Both the position numbers and the translations under genes were made by a program. Below are positions 1-5,859 of a stretch of DNA of 32,000 bases, piece by piece (the stretch's first letter is position 1; every line of letters starts with the position of its first letter). The stretch spans positions 90,001 to 122,000 of the forward strand of contig BPGA01000001.1 in the NCBI GenBank assembly GCA_026002795.1, read 5' to 3'. This DNA is from Candidatus Saccharimonadota bacterium (GTDB lineage: Archaea > Nanobdellota > Nanobdellia > Pacearchaeales > GW2011-AR1). A model generated the notes under the pieces. That model was not told the origin of the DNA and did not search any database. It saw nothing but the letters and a program-made list of their open reading frames with translations.

Positions 1-518
1 GAATCACCGCTTGCTAAATCTAATCTATTTGCAGCTCCTCTAAACAACTGTACATCTGGATTAAAGTAAAGATTAGCTGTTGTATTTATTGAACCAACAA
101 CATCTAATGTTTGTTGTGGTGTTGTTGTTCCAATGCCGACTCTGCCTGTGTTTCCTACAAAAGTTACAAACTCTGAATTAGAATCATTTAAAAAGGCTAA
201 CCTATAATCTCCTGCACCAGAATTCCAGTTAACAATGTTCCTTAATTTTATATCTCTTGTTGCCTGAACAACTCCTCCAGCACTTACGTTGCTGTCATAT
301 TTTCCTCTGAAAATCACATCAGGAGAGTCTGAACTTGAATTATCTGCTACATCGTTTGCAAGTGCTATAGCACTTCTTGAAAATAAGATATCACGCCACC
401 TATAACTAGAATTTCCTAAATCAAAACTATTATCTAAATCAGGAATTAAGCTTCCATTAATTTCTAAGTTATTAACTTGAAGTGCAGAAATATTAACAAA
501 ATAACCTGTTCTGAGCAT
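1..518 (-). CDS. tail-fibre-like repeat surface protein, array member D. It runs off the window and is probably the frame-shifted continuation of 493..1089.
   Basis: My hand translation of the minus strand (codons starting at coordinates divisible by 3) is open from 644 down to 1. It reads MLRTGYFVNISALQVNNLEINGSLIPDLDNSFDLGNSSYRWRDILF...FVGNTGRVGIGTTTPQQTLDVVGSINTTANLYFNPDVQLFRGAANRLDLASGD. It carries the same VGIGTTTP-x3-L-x-V-G module as its neighbours. It is absent from the ORF track because it has no stop inside the window. Confidence 0.6.
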   Translation of the reverse strand, partial: MLRTGYFVNISALQVNNLEINGSLIPDLDNSFDLGNSSYRWRDILFSRSAIALANDVADNSSSDSPDVIFRGKYDSNVSAGGVVQATRDIKLRNIVNWNSGAGDYRLAFLNDSNSEFVTFVGNTGRVGIGTTTPQQTLDVVGSINTTANLYFNPDVQLFRGAANRLDLASGD

Positions 519-1089
519 AAATATCCCCACCAATAATTGAAAGCCCACCATTCTGCCAACCACCATTAAAATCAAAATTGCCATATACAGATGTGTTAAG
601 TGGCATGAAAAAGCTAGAGTCATAACCATCAAGTTTGTCTGCGTTTACATTAGTTAAGCCAGAACCATTTCCTGAAAAAGTTCCATAAATTGTTCCTGTT
701 GCATTAATGTCACCTATAACATTCAACTTATTTGCAGGTGTTGTCGTTCCGATGCCGACGTTGCCTGTGTTTGAATTTACAAACAAAACATTAGAGCCTA
801 CTGTGAGGTTGTTGTTAATAACTGCATTGTTTCTTATTGTTGTTGTTCCTGAAGAAGCTCCAAGTCTTAAGGTTGTTGCAGCTCCACCAATGTCAAGAGT
901 TGTTGCAGTTGTATTTATTAAAGCGAAAGTTGTTGATGGTGTTGTTATATTTGAAATTATTGATGGACTTGTTAATGTTGGTGTGTTATTAAAAACAAGA
1001 GCTCCAGAACCTGTTTCATCTGTTACAGACAGAAGCAACATTAGCAGAAGAAATTGTAGAAACAAGATTTGAAGAAGAATCTGTTGCAA
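493..1089 (-). CDS. tail-fibre-like repeat surface protein, array member C. This is a frameshift fragment; the real coding part probably begins near 1030.
   Basis: ORF track. The first ~20 aa (MQQILLQILFLQFLLL...) are out-of-frame noise overlapping the end of 1016..2710. From SVTDETGSGALVFNNTPTL onward the sequence is family-like and includes GNVGIGTTTPANKLNVIGDINATGTIYG. Confidence 0.6.
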   Translation of the reverse strand: MQQILLQILFLQFLLLMLLLSVTDETGSGALVFNNTPTLTSPSIISNITTPSTTFALINTTATTLDIGGAATTLRLGASSGTTTIRNNAVINNNLTVGSNVLFVNSNTGNVGIGTTTPANKLNVIGDINATGTIYGTFSGNGSGLTNVNADKLDGYDSSFFMPLNTSVYGNFDFNGGWQNGGLSIIGGDIYAQNRLFC

Positions 1090-2710
1090 CCAACCTATTT
1101 GCTGTTAATCCTGAAATTCTTGCGTTTGTTCCATAAATTGTTCCTGTTGCATTAATGTCACCAACAACATTCAACTTATTTGAAGGTGTTGTTGTTCCAA
1201 TACCAACATTACCTGAAGTGTCATTAACAAACAAATCATTAGTAACATTAAGACTTAGTCCTCCTGTTCCGCTACCTTGTATTTCAAGTTTTGCCCCCGG
1301 CGCCGTCGTTCCAATGCCGACGTTGCCAGAGTTATCTAATACCAACACATTGCCCAACCCACTCGACCAGAACAATAAGTCACCTCCTGTTCCTGCTCCA
1401 TGAAGTGTCTCATTAGCAGAAATGATGTCCCAAGCCCTATCACCGCTTCTCTCTATTCTCAGTCTACCGGCATTTCCATTTGAGTCGCCGAAGAGGTGGA
1501 ATTGTACTCCTGGATTCGTCGTCCCGATGCCGACGTTGCCAGTGCTGGTTATTGCCATCATGTCCCCTGGTCCCGGCGTCCATAACCTTGCTACATTCCC
1601 TATGCTATACCAGACATATTTTTGACCCGCTCCTGCACTAACATTTGGAGTAAATCCTCGGTCGTAGAACGATAGAGATGCGCCGGTTCCTGCGGATGAA
1701 ATTTCACCACCCTGATTGATATTTCCAGATATAATAGCTCCAGTGGCATCAGCAACGATAGCACCTACAACGTGAAGTTTAGTTTCAGGATTCGTCGTCC
1801 CGATGCCGACGTTGCCTGGTATTATCATTCCATCGCTTGGCGGCACAGTTCCTGCATATGAACCAACTGAGAGACCTCCTGTTGCTCCTGATACCGCATA
1901 AATACCTAACTTTCTGTTGCCGTTTATCCACACTGCGAGCGGATCGCCTGTATTTGCATTCTCAAAAACTAAATGGGCATTGTCTGTAGTGTCTTGGTCA
2001 TAAAACTGTACATTGGCCGATGATGCACCTCCATCCAACGTTGATTTTCCAAGTAATCTCAATGAAGCTCGTGCTCCATTGTTTTGGATACGTAAACTGT
2101 CAACATTAACCCCCACATTGTCTACAATATGGAGTTTCGCTCCCGGACTCATCGTGCCAATGCCGACGTTGCCGTTCAAACCACCAACATACAGCAGGTC
2201 ATTAATGGCCAGAGGCTTCGACGCGACCCCAACATATCTGCTGTAAATCCACGAACGGTCAGCTGTTGCGTCATACCCGATGCTGATGCCGCGATTGCTC
2301 GCATCGCGGATGTTCGTGATGCCATTATCATTGAGTGCAGCATTGCCACCCTGGACATCCAATTTTGCATTTGGCCCCGTCGTCCCGATGCCGACTCTAT
2401 CTGTATTGCTATTCACAAAAAGAGTATTTGTGTCAACTGTGAAATTCTGTCCAACAACAACATTATTATTAAATGTCTTATCTCCTGCAAAAATCTGCGT
2501 TCCTGTAGAAACAACTCCTGATTGTGTTGAAGAAGCATCTCTTATTGTAACATTACTTGCGCTTGTAATTCTTCCTTGAGCATCAACTGTGAATCTTCCC
2601 ACTACAATATCTCCGCCATAAGTTCCTGCTGTTACTCCTGTGTTTGAAAGAGAGAAGGTTACATTTCCGCTGCCAACAAGTCTATCTGTCAGTGTTCCTG
2701 AAATTGACAT
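1016..2710 (-). CDS. tail-fibre-like repeat surface protein, array member B. It has no signal peptide, and its central part is GC-rich.
   Basis: ORF track, 564 aa. It has six (G/D)xVGIGT(T/M)xPxxKLxVxG modules. The N-terminus reads TGVTAGTYGGDIVVGRFTVDAQGRITSASNVTI, which is typical of tail-fibre-domain proteins as I recall them. The frame is open upstream to 2782. Confidence 0.8.
   Translation of the reverse strand: MSISGTLTDRLVGSGNVTFSLSNTGVTAGTYGGDIVVGRFTVDAQGRITSASNVTIRDASSTQSGVVSTGTQIFAGDKTFNNNVVVGQNFTVDTNTLFVNSNTDRVGIGTTGPNAKLDVQGGNAALNDNGITNIRDASNRGISIGYDATADRSWIYSRYVGVASKPLAINDLLYVGGLNGNVGIGTMSPGAKLHIVDNVGVNVDSLRIQNNGARASLRLLGKSTLDGGASSANVQFYDQDTTDNAHLVFENANTGDPLAVWINGNRKLGIYAVSGATGGLSVGSYAGTVPPSDGMIIPGNVGIGTTNPETKLHVVGAIVADATGAIISGNINQGGEISSAGTGASLSFYDRGFTPNVSAGAGQKYVWYSIGNVARLWTPGPGDMMAITSTGNVGIGTTNPGVQFHLFGDSNGNAGRLRIERSGDRAWDIISANETLHGAGTGGDLLFWSSGLGNVLVLDNSGNVGIGTTAPGAKLEIQGSGTGGLSLNVTNDLFVNDTSGNVGIGTTTPSNKLNVVGDINATGTIYGTNARISGLTANRLVATDSSSNLVSTISSANVASVCNR
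1026..1033. repeat. 4-nt tandem duplication CAGA-CAGA (minus strand TCTG-TCTG) at the frame change between members B and C
   Basis: The minus strand reads gct tct gtc tgt aac aga tga. Deleting one tctg gives gct tct gta aca gat gaa aca ggt, which translates to ASVTDETG. Confidence 0.7.
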
Positions 2711-2775
2711 GCCTGTTCCTTGGACAATAGATCCTTTAACAAAACCAGCGCTTGTGTTAACTTCCTGAAGCTGAC

Positions 2776-4431
2776 TTAAATCTCAAGTGTTCTTGATTGT
2801 GGAACTGCGTTTGTTGCAGTTGAGTTTACTGATTGCAATTGTGAAAGTGTTACAGCATCTTGTGCAGATGTTCCATTTGCAAGATTAATGATTTTGTTGT
2901 TGTCCATGTTTATTGTTCCGTTGAAAACAGCAGAACCATTTACATGGAGTTTTTGTTGTGGTGTTGTTGTAGCAATGCCGACGTTGCCGCTACTGTCTAT
3001 TCTTACTCTTTCTAAACCTCCTGCATAAAGAGCTATGTCATTTGTTGTTGGAGGTCTAAAGAATTTAACCTGGCCTAAAGGAGATCCTGCATAAATAATC
3101 TCATTGCTTGTTGTTTGAAATGGGCCTGAAGCTAAAATATCCCCATTAACTTCAAACTCCTCTCCAGGTGTTGTTGTTCCTATACCAATTCTTGTTCCGT
3201 TTTGATAGATAATTGAGTTGTTTAAAGAGCTAGAAGAGTTCCATAATGGTATATAACCAAATGTTCCTTGGCCTGTTATTGTTCCTCCTGAATTTTGATC
3301 TGCAACACAAACAAGTTGTCCTGTGCTTGTTGTTGTTAAAACCTCTCCTGGATTACAGATTGAAGCCTGGAATATAGAAGCTCCTGTTACATTAAGTGTT
3401 CCTAAAACATTTAATGTTGCTTGTGGGGTGCTTGTGTTTATACCAACATTGCCGCTACTGTCTATTCTTACTCTTTCTAAACCTCCTGCATAAAGAGCTA
3501 TGTCATTTGTTGTTGGAGGTCTAAAGAATTTAACCTGGCCTAAAGGAGATCCTGCATAAATAATCTCATTGCTTGTTGTTTGAAATGGGCCTGTTGATTG
3601 TATTGTTCCAACAACATCCAAAGCTTCAGAAGGTGTTACAGTACCAATACCTACTTTTCCTGTATCATTATTAACAAACAAGACACCACCAGCACTTAAA
3701 TTTCCACTAACTGTTAAATTTTTTCCTATATCTAAGTTATTGCTTATATCTGCATCTATTGCAAAAATTTTTGTGATTTTTGATGCTAGACTTCCAAGAA
3801 AACTAAAAAAGCCGTAATTTGCGCTTACATTAAAGTTTCCAAGCGAAAGATTGGTATCTATTGCAACATCACTTAAATTAACTTGTGTAGCTCTAAAAGC
3901 ATAAGGAACTCTTCCAAGCTGAGTAATATTTCTCAAAACACCATCTCTATAATAACAAAGATAATACTGCTTATCAAAACTTAAAGCGCTTAAATTACCT
4001 CCTCCAGAACCAATTTGTGGAAGATACAAAGAAACAATACCTCTTAAATCTGTAGTTAAAGTTACAGAATGATTATAAACAACAGGCTGCTCACAAGAAG
4101 TTAGATTTGGGTTTTCTGTAATGTTAAAAGCAAAATTAAAAGTTCCTGTTTGGATTGTTCCATTAGGAAAAGTTGTTTGTAAATTTATGTGAAATGTATC
4201 GTTTATTGGTTCAGAATAAACAAAATTAAAGAAAAATATTGAAATTAAAAATGAAAAAAAAGCAAGAATTGTTTTTTTTGTATTGTTCTTTTTTATTTTT
4301 TGTAATTGTTTTTTATTTTTTTTTATTGGTATTTCTTTTATTTTTTCATATTTATTGTACCTTTCAAATTTAATATTATCCTCGCTAAGTGAAAGATACC
4401 ATACGCTACCTGACATATGAAAAAAACACAA
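2776..4431 (-). CDS. exported or anchored tail-fibre-like repeat protein, array member A, rich in N-x-S/T sequons
   Basis: ORF track, 551 aa. A Lys-rich N-terminus is followed by the hydrophobic stretch TILAFFSFLISIFFFNFVYS. There are four VGIGT-type modules and more than 20 N-x-S/T sequons. The C-terminus reads NNKIINLANGTSAQDAVTLSQLQ. The track start at 4431 is a TTG; the first ATG is at 4416. Confidence 0.8.
   Translation of the reverse strand: MCFFHMSGSVWYLSLSEDNIKFERYNKYEKIKEIPIKKNKKQLQKIKKNNTKKTILAFFSFLISIFFFNFVYSEPINDTFHINLQTTFPNGTIQTGTFNFAFNITENPNLTSCEQPVVYNHSVTLTTDLRGIVSLYLPQIGSGGGNLSALSFDKQYYLCYYRDGVLRNITQLGRVPYAFRATQVNLSDVAIDTNLSLGNFNVSANYGFFSFLGSLASKITKIFAIDADISNNLDIGKNLTVSGNLSAGGVLFVNNDTGKVGIGTVTPSEALDVVGTIQSTGPFQTTSNEIIYAGSPLGQVKFFRPPTTNDIALYAGGLERVRIDSSGNVGINTSTPQATLNVLGTLNVTGASIFQASICNPGEVLTTTSTGQLVCVADQNSGGTITGQGTFGYIPLWNSSSSLNNSIIYQNGTRIGIGTTTPGEEFEVNGDILASGPFQTTSNEIIYAGSPLGQVKFFRPPTTNDIALYAGGLERVRIDSSGNVGIATTTPQQKLHVNGSAVFNGTINMDNNKIINLANGTSAQDAVTLSQLQSVNSTATNAVPQSRTLEI
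2984..3128. repeat. copy 1 of a perfect 145-bp direct repeat inside member A
   Basis: A letter-by-letter comparison with 3449..3593 shows the two copies are identical. Confidence 0.9.
3449..3593. repeat. copy 2 of a perfect 145-bp direct repeat inside member A
   Basis: Identical to 2984..3128. The offset is 465 bp (in frame, 155 codons). It encodes PFQTTSNEIIYAGSPLGQVKFFRPPTTNDIALYAGGLERVRIDSSGNVGI. Confidence 0.9.
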
Positions 4432-4502
4432 ATTTTAAACATAAAATTTAGAGGATAAAAAGGGCCTAAAACTTGTTTTTTTAGTACCAATTGAAAATTA
4501 TT

Positions 4503-4513
4503 TTTTACCCTAC
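4503..4513 (-). promoter_or_regulatory. GTAGGGTAAAA motif (reverse orientation) followed on the minus strand by an A/T box. It is a candidate promoter or operator facing array member A.
   Basis: The plus strand reads ttttaccctac. The minus strand reads gtagggtaaaaaataatttt, about 90 nt upstream of the ATG at 4416. Confidence 0.35.
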
Positions 4514-4577
4514 GTTTTTTATGTAAGGTAAAAACTAAAATTTTAATTTTCCGTCGATAAAAATTGAAAAAAAATGT

Positions 4578-4596
4578 GTAGGGTAAAATTTATAAA
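4578..4596 (+). promoter_or_regulatory. GTAGGGTAAAA motif abutting the TTTATAAA box of the RHH gene promoter
   Basis: gtagggtaaaa lies at 4578-4588 and tttataaa at 4589-4596, 40 nt before the ATG at 4636. An imperfect third copy, gtaaggtaaaa, lies at 4523-4533. Confidence 0.4.
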
Positions 4597-4635
4597 CATC
4601 AAAATTCTTAATTTTTAAGTTTTAAAGGGGGTGAA

Positions 4636-4827
4636 ATGAAGCAACCTGTAAAAATTTATTTAGATTTAGAAACTAAAAAAAAGCTTTTAAAGAAGGCTAA
4701 TGAAACAGGTTTTAGTGGTAGAGGTGCTTTAACAAAATTTATAGAAAAGATTGCTTCTGATGATATATGCTTCCTTGATAATAACCTAAGAAAAATGCTA
4801 AAGGTTTTATTCCCAAACACAAAATAA
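4636..4827 (+). CDS. ribbon-helix-helix (CopG/Arc/MetJ-like) DNA-binding protein
   Basis: ORF track, 63 aa. The sequence VKIYLDLETKKKLLKKANETGFSGRGALTKFIEKIA fits a beta strand-helix-helix pattern. The start is preceded by GGGGGTGA (4627-4634), the only well-spaced Shine-Dalgarno-like site I saw in the window. Confidence 0.6.
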   Translation: MKQPVKIYLDLETKKKLLKKANETGFSGRGALTKFIEKIASDDICFLDNNLRKMLKVLFPNTK

Positions 4828-4863
4828 TTCTTAATTAAAAATTCAAAGATTAAAGTAAATTTT

Positions 4864-4908
4864 AAAAAGATAAACTCTTTAAAAATTAAAAAGATAAACT
4901 CTTTAAAA
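4864..4908. repeat. two copies of the 21-nt sequence aaaaagataaactctttaaaa, 24-nt period, immediately upstream of tRNA-Ile
   Basis: Copy 1 is 4864-4884 and copy 2 is 4888-4908. Each contains a TTTAAAA box. Confidence 0.7.
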
Positions 4909-4920
4909 GAAAAAATAAAA

Positions 4921-5051
4921 GAGCCCGTAGCTCAGCCTGGTTAGAGCACTGCTCTTATATGAGAGTGTTTCGTTTTAGGAACACACCTTTAGAGTTAAGA
5001 GGTGAACTCTAAGATAGGCAGGGGTCCTCGGTTCAAATCCGAGCGGGCTCA
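4921..5051 (+). tRNA. tRNA-Ile, anticodon UAU, with a 56-nt intron at the canonical 37/38 position (4960..5015)
   Basis: Hand fold. Acceptor GAGCCCG/CGGGCTC plus discriminator A. D arm GCTC-AGCCTGGTTA-GAGC. Anticodon stem CTGCT/GGCAG. Loop C-T-TAT-A|intron|A. T arm CTCGG-TTCAAAT-CCGAG. The bulge-helix-bulge is CTTA (4954-57) paired with TAAG (5010-13), flanked by 3-nt bulges TA|T and AT|A, then GAG/CTC. Confidence 0.75.
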
Positions 5052-5161
5052 TCTTTTATTAACAAATTTTAAAAACTATTTTTCAGTATATTTTAAAGTT
5101 TACAAAAAGTATACAAGTATACTCTTGTAATTTAGGTTTGTAAAAAATAGATTTGTAAAAA

Positions 5162-5234
5162 GCCCCGATAGTTCAGAGGCCAAGAATGCGGCCCTTTCAC
5201 GGCCGTGACCCGGGTTCGAATCCCGGTCGGGGCG
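5162..5234 (+). tRNA. tRNA-Glu, anticodon UUC
   Basis: Acceptor GCCCCGA/TCGGGGC plus G. Anticodon arm CGGCC-CTTTCAC-GGCCG. T arm CCGGG-TTCGAAT-CCCGG. Confidence 0.9.
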
Positions 5235-5242
5235 CTTTTTAA

Positions 5243-5800
5243 TTATTTTTTATCTTTTTTTATTTCTTTATCTGAATTGTTGTTTTTTTGAAATTTTATC
5301 AAGTCAAAAAAAGATTTCTTTTCCATAAAAAGAACACTTCCTGTTTTATCTTCAACATGAGCTTGCAACAAACCAAGGCCTTTTAAAAAACCAGTACAAT
5401 TCCAAACAAGCCTATCATCAAAGGTTCCTAAAAAAACAAGGAGTTTTTCAATATCATAAACAATATTCCTATTTAACATCTCTTCATGAAGAATCCTTTT
5501 TATCTCATCAATATCAAGCTTTATTTTTTCTTTTATTTCTTTAGGAATTAACTTTTCATGCTTTATTGTCTCTGCTTTTTTACCAAGAGGAATAAGCTCT
5601 ACTTTTCCGTCAACTTTAAAGCTATAAATAAGCTTTTTACTAGGTACATAAAAATCAATTTGAGTTTCTTTATGTTTTTTTCCTTCTTTGTATTCTCTTA
5701 TAAAGAACAAAGAGCACAAATAAGCATCTGGGTTTTCTTTTATAAACTTTTTATATTCTTTTGAAGATTTTAGTTTTTTTATGTAATCAATTGTTTTCAT
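5243..5800 (-). CDS. hypothetical protein, tentatively PepSY-like two-domain
   Basis: ORF track, 185 aa. It is a long ORF with the same codon style as its neighbours. The C-terminal part (VWNCTGFLKGLGLLQAHVEDKTGSVL) recalls PepSY-like archaeal proteins, but the assignment is weak. Confidence 0.6.
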   Translation of the reverse strand: MKTIDYIKKLKSSKEYKKFIKENPDAYLCSLFFIREYKEGKKHKETQIDFYVPSKKLIYSFKVDGKVELIPLGKKAETIKHEKLIPKEIKEKIKLDIDEIKRILHEEMLNRNIVYDIEKLLVFLGTFDDRLVWNCTGFLKGLGLLQAHVEDKTGSVLFMEKKSFFDLIKFQKNNNSDKEIKKDKK

Positions 5801-5859
5801 TTTTACCTTTTATTTTTTACTTTATTTTAAGCTTTTAACTTAGGCTTTTAACTAGTTAA

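Noticed and set aside
707-2579. Plus-strand ORFs 707-1072, 1155-1403, 1422-1625, 2013-2246, 2129-2521 and 2280-2579, and the minus-strand alternate-frame ORF 2176-2370. Several contain a recurring VVPMPTLP peptide.
   Set aside because: They are antisense or alternate-frame shadows of the long minus-strand repeat genes. VVPMPTLP is simply the reverse-complement reading of GNVGIGTT. None has independent support.
2776-2790. Programmed -1 ribosomal frameshift joining members A and B.
   Set aside because: The geometry would allow a -1 shift between the TGA of frame B and the TAA of frame A. However, the sequence (gag att taa g) is not a canonical X-XXY-YYZ slippery heptamer, and I saw no obvious downstream structure.
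2984-3593. The 145-bp repeat as a template/variable repeat pair of a diversity-generating retroelement.
   Set aside because: The two copies are identical, whereas DGR pairs differ at adenine positions. No reverse transcriptase gene is present in the window.
4416-4431. The TTG start at 4431 for array member A and the GTG start at 27955 for the EF-Tu-domain-2-like gene.
   Set aside because: In both cases an ATG lies a few codons downstream (4416 and 27979) and gives a more natural N-terminus. The upstream extensions (MCFFH and MFLYLINK) look like spacer read-through.
4960-5015. A C/D box guide RNA inside the tRNA-Ile intron.
   Set aside because: The intron contains no RUGAUGA C box and no CUGA D box.
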